Notes under the pieces: generated by a model
Database searches by the model: none
What the model saw: only the letters and a program-made list of their open reading frames with translations
Told to the model about the DNA's origin: nothing
In this document: positions 7,110-14,871 of the stretch, piece by piece
Position numbering within the stretch: the first letter of the stretch is position 1
Layout: every line of letters starts with the position of its first letter
From: an uncultured virus (IMG/VR IMGVR_UViG_3300034108_000261)
Lineage: Duplodnaviria; Heunggongvirae; Uroviricota; Caudoviricetes
Reading direction: 5' to 3' (one strand)
DNA length: 20,000 nt
Virus record (IMG/VR): IMGVR_UViG_3300034108_000261
Position numbers and translations under genes: made by a program

Positions 7110-8124
7110 TTTCATTCTCCATCATTTGTCCACCTGCCATGCGATAGCGACCTTCAATCCACTCGCCGAACGTTGGATCAGTCAGAACTGGCATCCAGAA
7201 TTCTTTGTTGTAAGTATCATTCAAGCGATACTTCTTTTCTTCGCCAACTCGCTGATACCAACCGTTGTTCGGTTTAACCACGTGTCCTGACTCGAGCGCC
7301 ATGTCTAGTAGACCAGACCATTTACTGATGCCACCTTCGAAGGTAACTTCAATAGGAATCTTGGACTTTTCACGAACATAACGAGACTTCTCGACGTTAA
7401 TGATAAAGTTATAACCAACTACCTCGGTACCAGTCTTTTCCTGCTGACGACCAATGATAAAGATGTTATCGGCAGAGTAATAGATGCCAGTACCACCAGA
7501 GACGATTGCCTTGGGGAACATACCAATTTCCATATAAGTGTGATTGACCACGACCATAGGAATATCCTTGATGGTAAGGTGGGGAGTAATCATACGGAAC
7601 AACGACTTCATCTGCTTTGCACGAGTCATATCTGCGACTGACTTACCGTCAAGCGCATCGTCTACTTCCTTCTTCGATGCCAAATTGCCAACTGAGTCAA
7701 CGACAATCATGACACGATCCTTACGCTCAAGTTCGTTCACCTGCTTCATAATATCATGCTTCAACTGCTCAATGTCAGTGATGGGAGTATGAATAATTTT
7801 ATCGGTGTTAATACCGAAGTTCTCAAAGTACGACTGCGGAGCACCAAACTCCGAGTCATAGAACAGGACAACACCATCGTCATACTTATCCAAGAAACTC
7901 TTGACTAGCATCATTGCAAATGCAGTCTTGAAGTGCTTAGATGGACCAGCAAAAATGGTCAATCCTGGAGTTAGACCACCGTCTAACTTACCAGAAAGTG
8001 CTACGTTCAGTGCAGGAACTGCAGTCTGAATTAGATCTTTCGTACTGAACAACTTACTCTGAGAGAGAACATTAGTCTCTTTGATTGTGCTGTTCTTTTT
8101 AAGTCTATCAATTAAATCACTCAT
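7054..8124 (-). CDS. uvsX: RecA-like recombinase UvsX
   Basis: GPSKHFKT Walker A, FYDSEFG, VDSVGNLASKKE, DMTRAK, SGGTGIYYSAD and EKSRYVREK motifs. The ATG at 8124 overlaps the gp43 stop (ATGA). Confidence 0.97.
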   Translation of the reverse strand: MSDLIDRLKKNSTIKETNVLSQSKLFSTKDLIQTAVPALNVALSGKLDGGLTPGLTIFAGPSKHFKTAFAMMLVKSFLDKYDDGVVLFYDSEFGAPQSYFENFGINTDKIIHTPITDIEQLKHDIMKQVNELERKDRVMIVVDSVGNLASKKEVDDALDGKSVADMTRAKQMKSLFRMITPHLTIKDIPMVVVNHTYMEIGMFPKAIVSGGTGIYYSADNIFIIGRQQEKTGTEVVGYNFIINVEKSRYVREKSKIPIEVTFEGGISKWSGLLDMALESGHVVKPNNGWYQRVGEEKKYRLNDTYNKEFWMPVLTDPTFGEWIEGRYRMAGGQMMENENVDISDEDISEDYENQDM

Positions 8125-10649
8125 GTAAATAAATCCTCTAGTGTTGCGGTTACTTCGGTCTGCCAACCAAGACCTTCGATAATTTGTTTAATTGGTTCCA
8201 AGAAACTCTTCTCGAACATTGTATTATAGTCTATATACCTATCTAAGTCAAGCTCTTTTGGAATCTTTCCAATAAAAGCGATACAATTTTCTCGAATATG
8301 ATTAGGTTCCTTCAAGTAGAGAAACTTAATCTTTTCCCCTTCTTGAATCAACTCATATTTCTTATCTAGTTTATTCTTACGCAAAAGGTGGTTATACATT
8401 AACGCACCTCGAACATGCATAGGTGTTCCCTTGGCATAGATGTCTGCACCAGAAGTATACTTCATAAGACCATTCACACCACGAGGGAATGCAATTTGCT
8501 CTGGTTCAAACTTGTTGAACAAGATGCGAGTATGCTCGATAAAACCCTGTAGAGTTTTCTCGTCAGTTGTCAGTGCCAGTCTTACTGCTTCCTTGAGACT
8601 TTCTCGAACAGGTGCTGGAGTGGAAGAACGAACGATCTCAAGACCCATGACCTTGAGTTTCGGATCTTTGTATCGGACACCTTCATTATCGTAGACGTTG
8701 AGTGCATACCTTTTCTTCGCAACCCAGAGACCACGTTCTGCGATTGCTTCACGTTTGAAGATAATCTTCTTTTGAAATGCGTTCGTGTAGTCCGCAAGTC
8801 CATCGCAACTCTTGTTGATCGTCTCTGTGATTTTCTCTTCGCAGATTTTATCGAGAACGTCAATGAGTTTATCGCGTGGTAGATTGCTATAATACTTACG
8901 AACAAGAGGGTCCAAGGAAATATAACAAGAATCAGTATCACTGTAGAAAGAGTAGTTGTGTCCATTTGTTCCTACGACTTTATTAAGATAAACATCAAGT
9001 GCTGTGCCGACTTTGCGAATAATATATTGACCAGTCATTGTGATACCCTCGGCAATACGAGAGTCATAATAACGGAAGTATTCGTTACCCCACGCACCGA
9101 ACAGCGAGTTCAACTGAATCTTTCTCGCCATCTGGAAGTTGTTATACTTTGAGATGTCATTCTTCAGTCGAGAATCTTTAGTAATTTCATATTCTTTCTC
9201 GGCAGCAATCATCAATTTCTTATAACGCTGTCGGTCATCGAAGAACTTCTGAACAATCTCAGGAAACTTACCCTGCTTTTCTCGAGTATAACAATAACCA
9301 TTGGCAGTCATGGTGTAATCGTTGGTCTGTAGATCATCAAGATTATACTTGCCTTCGAGCAATCCGTTGACTGTCGTGTCTTTAACATGACCCTCGACGA
9401 ATGTTTCGGGCGACTGATTATACTGCATAATGATTGACGGATACAGGGAGGTCGCATCGAATGACACAACCCAGTCGTACTGTCCAGGTTTTGGTTCCTG
9501 CACAAACGCACCTTCAATCTGTCGACCACGACTCTCTTTCTTCTGAGGAATCTGGATATTCTGATTATGAAGGTGATTGTAGATGATACAATCCCATGTT
9601 CGAACCTGAGAGAACACATCATTGAAGTTACACTTAGCATCGTATGCCATCGTCAGAATCAGTTCAATCAACTTCATCTTGTGCTCGAGTGCATCAACGA
9701 TCTCAACGTCTCGAATGTTATACTCTACAAACTTCTGCCAGTCCTTGACATAAAATTCACGGAAACTCTCATATGGATTTTCCATCTTTTTAAGACCAAG
9801 TTCAACCTCACCGATGTAGTCGAGTTTATAACTTTCCCGACGAACATAGGTAAACTTCTTATAGAGATCGATGTAGTCAATGATGGCAACACCAGTGATG
9901 TCATAGGAGACATGTTCACGACCCATGATAGTCACATTCTTACGACGAACAAGTCCCCATGGAGAGAACTTCTTCTTCATAGTTGTGTCATCCTCGGAGC
10001 AGAACAAACGCTCAACGCGAGAGATTAGATACGCAATATCGAATAGGTCGCAGTTCCAACCTGTGATGATGTCAGGATAATTCTCAGAGTAAAAACGAAC
10101 GAACGTCTCAAGGAGATCACGCTCATTATCGCACTTGACATACAAGAACTTGTTGCCTTGGGCGCGAAGACTCTCGACTTCCTCGCACTTGTCATCAAAA
10201 TCACCGCAACCAAATGTGATGATTTGGCGAGTGATAAGATTCTTGACGGTGATTAGAAGAACTTCTTCGATAGGGTTTTGAACGTCAGGGAACCCATGTT
10301 CCGCCGACGTTTCAATATCGATAGTCTGAATGTTTAGTTGCGTAATATCCCACTGGATTTCTCCAGGATATGTATGGGTGATATACTGATACCCATAATT
10401 AGTCTGACCGTAGATCGGGAAGTTCTCTACCTGACCATAAGTTTGAACAAATTCTTTTGCTTCATTGTTATTGGCAAATTCTACAGGTTGTAAATCTTCG
10501 CCATACAAAGACTTAAACTTGCTTGGTTCTTTTGACTTCACATACAAAGTCGGGGAGAAGTCTGCCCTCTTAGTAAAACGCACACCATTATTTACTCCAC
10601 GGACTAAAACCTTGGAACCATATTGGTGTGCGCATGTATAAAATTTCAT
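8121..10649 (-). CDS. 43: Family B DNA polymerase (T4 gp43)
   Basis: Exonuclease motifs DIET, GWN..FD and YNIRD; polymerase motifs SFDATSLYPS, KIQLNSLFG, YSDTDS and KKRYAL. Uninterrupted 842 aa. Confidence 0.98.
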   Translation of the reverse strand: MKFYTCAHQYGSKVLVRGVNNGVRFTKRADFSPTLYVKSKEPSKFKSLYGEDLQPVEFANNNEAKEFVQTYGQVENFPIYGQTNYGYQYITHTYPGEIQWDITQLNIQTIDIETSAEHGFPDVQNPIEEVLLITVKNLITRQIITFGCGDFDDKCEEVESLRAQGNKFLYVKCDNERDLLETFVRFYSENYPDIITGWNCDLFDIAYLISRVERLFCSEDDTTMKKKFSPWGLVRRKNVTIMGREHVSYDITGVAIIDYIDLYKKFTYVRRESYKLDYIGEVELGLKKMENPYESFREFYVKDWQKFVEYNIRDVEIVDALEHKMKLIELILTMAYDAKCNFNDVFSQVRTWDCIIYNHLHNQNIQIPQKKESRGRQIEGAFVQEPKPGQYDWVVSFDATSLYPSIIMQYNQSPETFVEGHVKDTTVNGLLEGKYNLDDLQTNDYTMTANGYCYTREKQGKFPEIVQKFFDDRQRYKKLMIAAEKEYEITKDSRLKNDISKYNNFQMARKIQLNSLFGAWGNEYFRYYDSRIAEGITMTGQYIIRKVGTALDVYLNKVVGTNGHNYSFYSDTDSCYISLDPLVRKYYSNLPRDKLIDVLDKICEEKITETINKSCDGLADYTNAFQKKIIFKREAIAERGLWVAKKRYALNVYDNEGVRYKDPKLKVMGLEIVRSSTPAPVRESLKEAVRLALTTDEKTLQGFIEHTRILFNKFEPEQIAFPRGVNGLMKYTSGADIYAKGTPMHVRGALMYNHLLRKNKLDKKYELIQEGEKIKFLYLKEPNHIRENCIAFIGKIPKELDLDRYIDYNTMFEKSFLEPIKQIIEGLGWQTEVTATLEDLFT

Positions 10650-10673
10650 ATAAATCCCTCATCATCAAATACT

Positions 10674-10702
10674 ACTATACCGTAAAAACATAATAAAGTA
10701 AA
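10674..10702 (-). promoter_or_regulatory. Sigma70-like promoter for gp43 (class A)
   Basis: TTTACT-N17-TATAGT with the spacer ending TTTTTACGG, like the promoters at 17173, 17435 and 19909. Confidence 0.65.
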
Positions 10703-10707
10703 GGGAT

Positions 10708-11355
10708 TTATCGTAGTTTGTAACCAATCTTTGCTTCTAGTTCTTCCAGTTTCATAGTTGAAACCTGTGACTTGGGAACTAGATTGTCTACAATATAGAC
10801 TGCAACATTTCCACTCTCGAAGAATGCTACCTTATAAAGAAAGTCTGGAACAGGAACCTTACTCTTACCAACCAGTTTTGGATTCTTAGAGTAATGTGCA
10901 CCAGTCACAACCCACTTGAACGGAACCGAACGAACACGTTCCTCAAGATTCTTCCATGCTATACGGTTGACCGAAGGCAACTGTGGAGTCATGTTTGTCA
11001 TCAGGAAAGTATCTGACATTTCGTTTGGATCGTCTGCGTTTGCAGCAGGAACCATATGCCCACGATCGTAACCAGAGTTGGTATAATCAGCATGGGTTGG
11101 TGAATCAGCGATGCGCTTATCTGGACGGAAGTCGTCGGTGCGTGGTGTTTTCTTTACTCGTTCCTGTGCAATCTCCGTCGAGAAAACATTTGCATTACGA
11201 GCATCGTCATAAACAATTGCAAAGAAAGAGTTGCAGAGAACCGTAGTATTAGGTACTACGATTTCCTTACCATTTGGATAGAACTGATCGCAGGGGGACG
11301 CATTAGCAGCAGTCGGTAGAGCGAATAAAAATAGAGCAGCAATAAAGTTCTTCAT
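10708..11355 (-). CDS. DNA/RNA non-specific endonuclease (NucA/EndA His-Me family) with Sec signal peptide
   Basis: Y..SGYDRGHMVP active-site motif, TFLMTNMTPQ...N..W..LE and VPVPDFLYK. N-terminal MKNFIAALFLFALPTAANA (AxA cleavage site). Confidence 0.92.
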   Translation of the reverse strand: MKNFIAALFLFALPTAANASPCDQFYPNGKEIVVPNTTVLCNSFFAIVYDDARNANVFSTEIAQERVKKTPRTDDFRPDKRIADSPTHADYTNSGYDRGHMVPAANADDPNEMSDTFLMTNMTPQLPSVNRIAWKNLEERVRSVPFKWVVTGAHYSKNPKLVGKSKVPVPDFLYKVAFFESGNVAVYIVDNLVPKSQVSTMKLEELEAKIGYKLR

Positions 11356-11657
11356 ATAATGATTTTACTTTCTGGAACGACTAGACCCGATCCATACCGA
11401 GTGTTATACTCATTCAGCATACCAGTTTCTGGATCGAAAATTGAAACGATTGCACCACCGCGAATAGGAACAATGTTGTCCTTCGCATAGGGGCAGAATG
11501 GAGCAAGTCCAATACCAAACTGGTTATTTTGACCTTGGGGAACCATCATAATTAGTAGAGGTTTACTGAGAACAACAAGGTTTCCATCATCAAACTCAGA
11601 AACATCTGCAATGATTTCATCCCCACTGATCAACTTAACACATTTGATATTGGACAT
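11352..11657 (-). CDS. Conserved T4-like phage hypothetical protein
   Basis: IKCVKLISGDEIIA N-terminus and a GSGLVVP-type C-terminus resemble small beta-rich proteins often found beside hsp20 in T4-like phages. ATGA overlap with the nuclease gene. Confidence 0.7.
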   Translation of the reverse strand: MSNIKCVKLISGDEIIADVSEFDDGNLVVLSKPLLIMMVPQGQNNQFGIGLAPFCPYAKDNIVPIRGGAIVSIFDPETGMLNEYNTRYGSGLVVPESKIII

Positions 11658-11686
11658 ACTTTATACTTTCATTATTTAGATTAAGA

Positions 11687-12172
11687 TTATTTAGTTTTAC
11701 CTTCTGCTAAGAATTCGGCAGCCTGCGATGGATATTCACTATCATCGGTAATGTCGATTTTCTTCGCTTTCTTTTCTTCTGGAATAAATGCTTCTAACCA
11801 AATCTTCAGCATACCATTAACCAGAGAAGAACTTTTTACTTCCACATTGTCAGCAAGAGTGAATTCACGTTTGAATCCTCGCTCTGCGATTCCCTTGTAG
11901 AGATATTCAGTAGACTCAGATGAATCGCACTTTCCTTGGATGCTCAGCATACCCTCTTGCAATTGAATATCAATGTCCGCTTTACCGAAACCAGCAACTG
12001 CCAGTTCGATTACGTAGCGATCTTCATCGACTTTCTTGATATTGTATGGAGGATATTTAATTGGCATCATCTGTGCCGATTGATCAGCAATATCTGCCAA
12101 CCGTTTCATGACGCGATCAGCGCCAACAAAATAACGGTCGAAGTCTGCTAAATTAGTTGTATTAAATTTCAT
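11687..12172 (-). CDS. hsp20: Small heat shock protein (Hsp20/IbpA-like)
   Basis: YPPYNI, IELAVAGF, YLYKGIAERGFKREFTL, NGMLKI.L..IPEEKK and the C-terminal IDI (IxI) motif. Confidence 0.96.
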   Translation of the reverse strand: MKFNTTNLADFDRYFVGADRVMKRLADIADQSAQMMPIKYPPYNIKKVDEDRYVIELAVAGFGKADIDIQLQEGMLSIQGKCDSSESTEYLYKGIAERGFKREFTLADNVEVKSSSLVNGMLKIWLEAFIPEEKKAKKIDITDDSEYPSQAAEFLAEGKTK

Positions 12173-12178
12173 ATTTTG

Positions 12179-12193
12179 CTCCTATTAAGCGAG
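12179..12193 (-). promoter_or_regulatory. ROSE-like RNA thermometer hairpin over the hsp20 Shine-Dalgarno
   Basis: CUCGCU-UAAU-AGGAG: the U(U/C)GCU motif pairs with AGGAG, leaving a bulged G, 6 nt before the AUG. Confidence 0.65.
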
Positions 12194-12196
12194 TTT

Positions 12197-12228
12197 AAAA
12201 AAGTGTGCCATCCGAAGCATGGCACACT
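12197..12228 (-). terminator. Intrinsic terminator-like hairpin after regA
   Basis: 10-bp stem AGUGUGCCAU/AUGGCACACU capped by C(UUCG)G and running into a U-tract. Confidence 0.75.
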
Positions 12229-12229
12229 C

Positions 12230-12260
12230 TATTTATACTACAATTTAGAAGAAAAGTAAA
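12230..12260 (-). promoter_or_regulatory. Overlapping late (TATAAATA) and sigma70-like (TTTACT-N17-TATAAA) promoters for hsp20
   Basis: Exact TATAAATA at 12230-12237, with TTTACT at 12255-12260 at 17-nt spacing. Confidence 0.7.
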
Positions 12261-12268
12261 TAGTTTTT

Positions 12269-12688
12269 TTAATTTCTTTTTGCGCCAATATTATATTTTT
12301 GAACCAGTTCCCACTCGCCCTTTTCTTTATAGGCGATAATCTTAATCTGATTTAGTGGTGCACAATTTTCGTGCAGTTCTGGATTCTTAATATCTATTAG
12401 ACCCCAGTCACCGAGCAACTTGGCAATAGTATTTCTACGTTCTAAATCATTGTCACTAAAGTCAGCACCCTTACCATCTAAGGCAAAGAGTTCCTTGAAG
12501 TGAACAATAAAGTATCTGCTCTGTTTGTGGAGGATATGGCAGGACTGGAAAAGAGTCTTTTCCTTGCGTGATGCTACCCCAATACGAGAAAGAGTTTCTC
12601 GCACCTTTAGAAAGTCGTCGGGATTCTTGAGGGTTACTTCTAAGGGTGCATACCCTGGAAAGTCGATATCAAAAAAATCATCAGTCAT
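12269..12688 (-). CDS. regA: Translational repressor RegA
   Basis: PDDFLKVRETLSRIGVAS, LFQSCHILHKQ.RYFIVHFKELF.LDG, RRNTIAKLL.DWGL and W.LV.KY.IG motifs. Confidence 0.97.
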   Translation of the reverse strand: MTDDFFDIDFPGYAPLEVTLKNPDDFLKVRETLSRIGVASRKEKTLFQSCHILHKQSRYFIVHFKELFALDGKGADFSDNDLERRNTIAKLLGDWGLIDIKNPELHENCAPLNQIKIIAYKEKGEWELVQKYNIGAKRN

Positions 12689-13140
12689 TTGTTGCCACCT
12701 TTATTCAATTTCTCTTTTATGTATTGTTTTTGTTCTTCAGAGAGAATTGAGAGTGCTTGGCGTGCTTTTTCATTGCTATAACCATAATACTCTTTGATCA
12801 ACTCTACATCAGCATTCTTTTCGGACTTCAACCATGGATTCCATCGGTTTTTCGCCCTTATAGTATTTATAAGAAATGCATTTTGGAGAGCATGAGCTAG
12901 GTGAGGACGGCAATTGACCTCATTCGCTTGAACGATGGTTTCTCGATCTAGCGAAAGTGCTCGATTAATGATATATGGGGTGTATTGTTTTTCTGATCGT
13001 TCGTCTACAATGAGATTCTTTTGTTGATTGATGTTCTTGACAAATTCAAATGGACTTATCTTAGTTATCTTCTCAACATAATCTTCTGCAGTGTAAATCT
13101 TAGTAGGTTCACCCAAACCTTCTAGGATTGCTTCCTTCAT
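12685..13140 (-). CDS. 62: Clamp loader small subunit (T4 gp62)
   Basis: Y.PYIINRALS, ANEVN, FLINTIR..RW.PW.K and IKEYYGYSNEKA..AL.IL motifs. Lies between 44 and regA with ATGA overlaps at both ends. Confidence 0.92.
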   Translation of the reverse strand: MKEAILEGLGEPTKIYTAEDYVEKITKISPFEFVKNINQQKNLIVDERSEKQYTPYIINRALSLDRETIVQANEVNCRPHLAHALQNAFLINTIRAKNRWNPWLKSEKNADVELIKEYYGYSNEKARQALSILSEEQKQYIKEKLNKGGNK

Positions 13141-14072
13141 TTCCACACCGCAGTCGCCATAATGTCAGTCAAACACGCAACCAGATTGATTTCCTGATCG
13201 ACTGCAAATGCTGCCTTGTATTGATAGTCAGCGAGAAGAAGAATGATGGCAGGAATATTTTTAAATTCATCAAGATAACTGTCATAGATCTTACGAATGA
13301 TTGCATTAGGATCACTATCCATATTTTCTACAACCCATGCACGCATCTTCGTCCAATCCTTGCCTTGAAGATAAGTCAAAAGACTCTTCATATCAAGATC
13401 ACGACTGGTATTAAGAACACCCTCGTCAATAGTGCCGCCGACACTATACCGCTGCAGTTCGTTTAAAACACGGCGATAGTCAGGGAAGTGCTTCTTGAGA
13501 ACATGAGCGACCACCTTCTCATCGAAGGTGACATTTTCTCCACGAAGAATGTCAGTCAATCGTTTCATGAACCGACCTGCCATTTTCGGACGGTCTGCCT
13601 TGGTAAGTTTAAATTCGATGACTGCACAACGACTATGCAGAGGAGAGATAATCTTATCCTTGAAATTACAAGTAAAGATAAACCGACAGTTGTTTGAATA
13701 TTGCTCAATAAACGCACGAAGCGCAGGTTGAGTTGAATTTGGATTGAGGTAATCTGCCTCATCAAGAATTACGATCTTGGGTTTACCATTAAATGAAACC
13801 GACGCAGCAAACTCTGTAATCTTGACACGCAGAGTTTCAATATTTCTATCGTCAGAACCGTTGATGATGATGTAATCGCACCCAAGTTCTTCACAGACTG
13901 CTCGAGCGATGGTAGTCTTACCAACACCCGCAGTACCACAAAGAAGCATGTTAGGAATTTCACCAGACTCAACAAACTGGCGGAAGGTGTTCAATTGTGC
14001 ATCTGGAAGGATACAGTCGTCCAATTTACGAGGACGATACTTTTCAACCCAAAGGAATTGTTCATTGCTCAT
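13137..14072 (-). CDS. 44: Clamp loader large subunit (T4 gp44, RFC-like AAA+)
   Basis: LWVEKYRP, GTAGVGKTT, ILDEAD, QPALR, FIFTCN, LHSRC and FPDYRR motifs. GGAG RBS before the ATG at 14072. Confidence 0.97.
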   Translation of the reverse strand: MSNEQFLWVEKYRPRKLDDCILPDAQLNTFRQFVESGEIPNMLLCGTAGVGKTTIARAVCEELGCDYIIINGSDDRNIETLRVKITEFAASVSFNGKPKIVILDEADYLNPNSTQPALRAFIEQYSNNCRFIFTCNFKDKIISPLHSRCAVIEFKLTKADRPKMAGRFMKRLTDILRGENVTFDEKVVAHVLKKHFPDYRRVLNELQRYSVGGTIDEGVLNTSRDLDMKSLLTYLQGKDWTKMRAWVVENMDSDPNAIIRKIYDSYLDEFKNIPAIILLLADYQYKAAFAVDQEINLVACLTDIMATAVWK

Positions 14073-14094
14073 AATAATCTCCATAATAAAAGGT

Positions 14095-14150
14095 GGGTGA
14101 TGCCTCATCGATGACGCTCTTCGCAGCAGCAGACATCACCCTCAGCGAAG
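14095..14150 (-). promoter_or_regulatory. Structured leader/terminator-like element upstream of gene 44
   Basis: 11-bp stem GGGUGAUGUCU/AGGCAUCACCC, plus an upstream CUUCGC complementary to the loop sequence GCGAAG. Followed by ACCUUUUAUU. Confidence 0.5.
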
Positions 14151-14155
14151 TTTGA

Positions 14156-14695
14156 TTAACTATTCGTTTGCAACCAATGCAAGATAGTGTATGGATCAGT
14201 CTCGCCATACGGATCAGTCTCGCAGTTATCTTCCTTCCCAGGTTCGATAAACCACTTCTCGATCTTACCATTATCTACAACAACTGCATACCGCCAAGAA
14301 CGAATGCCAAAACCAAGATTGTCCTTATAAACTTCCATGTTCATACCAGAAGTAAACTCTGCAGAACCATCAGGGATAACCTTAACATGCTCTAGTTTCT
14401 GATCCTTCGCCCAACAATTCATAACGAATGAATCGTTGACTGACAGGCAGTAGATATCGTCAATACCATGAGAGTAGAAACGCATCGCCAGTTCTTCGAA
14501 TCCAGGAAGTTGCATTGTCGAACAAGTAGGCGTAAATGCTCCAGGAAGCGAGAATAGGATGACACGTTTACCCGCGAAAAGATCGAACGATGTCACATCC
14601 TCCCAACGATAAGGATTCAAATCCTCAATAGTATCATCACGAACACGAGTCTTGAAGACTACACTCGGAACAACTGTCGGTAGATTATCAACCAT
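14156..14695 (-). CDS. Peroxiredoxin (Prx5 subfamily)
   Basis: SLPGAFTPTCS peroxidatic motif, SVNDSFVM..W, IPDG..EFT and G.RSWRYA. GGAG lies 7 nt before the ATG at 14695. Confidence 0.95.
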   Translation of the reverse strand: MVDNLPTVVPSVVFKTRVRDDTIEDLNPYRWEDVTSFDLFAGKRVILFSLPGAFTPTCSTMQLPGFEELAMRFYSHGIDDIYCLSVNDSFVMNCWAKDQKLEHVKVIPDGSAEFTSGMNMEVYKDNLGFGIRSWRYAVVVDNGKIEKWFIEPGKEDNCETDPYGETDPYTILHWLQTNS

Positions 14696-14861
14696 TAACA
14701 TTCTCCACTTGAGCATCCCAATCATTGACAATCAGGAATTTATTAAACTGACGAATGACTTCTTCAACACTACTTGTAGTGAATTCGATAGACATTGCAC
14801 GACCATCTACATCATTGTCATACGGAATTCGTGCACTAAATGTAATTTCTAACTTATCCAT
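14688..14861 (-). CDS. Hypothetical 57-aa protein (absent from the ORF track)
   Basis: Hand translation MDKLEITFSARIPYDNDVDGRAMSIEFTTSSVEEVIRQFNKFLIVNDWDAQVENVNG*. AAGGA RBS 7 nt upstream. It fills the 45-prx gap and overlaps the prx start by 8 nt. Confidence 0.75.
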   Translation of the reverse strand: MDKLEITFSARIPYDNDVDGRAMSIEFTTSSVEEVIRQFNKFLIVNDWDAQVENVNG

Positions 14862-14871
14862 GACTGTATCC

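Noticed and set aside
9567..10028. 153-aa plus-strand ORF and other short alternative-frame ORFs within gp43, gp41 and gp44
   Set aside because: They are fully nested in conserved core genes and have no independent support.
8121..10649. Intein, intron or split in DNA polymerase (also checked gp41 and UvsX)
   Set aside because: The proteins are continuous and of normal length, with no intein or homing endonuclease motifs seen.
11670..11697. Two CTAAATAAT copies around the hsp20 stop
   Set aside because: This short AT-rich repeat may be a degenerate late promoter but is too weak to call.
12864..12871. Exact TATAAATA inside gene 62
   Set aside because: It coincides with the conserved FLINT coding motif. 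It could be a late promoter for regA, but this cannot be separated from coding constraint here.
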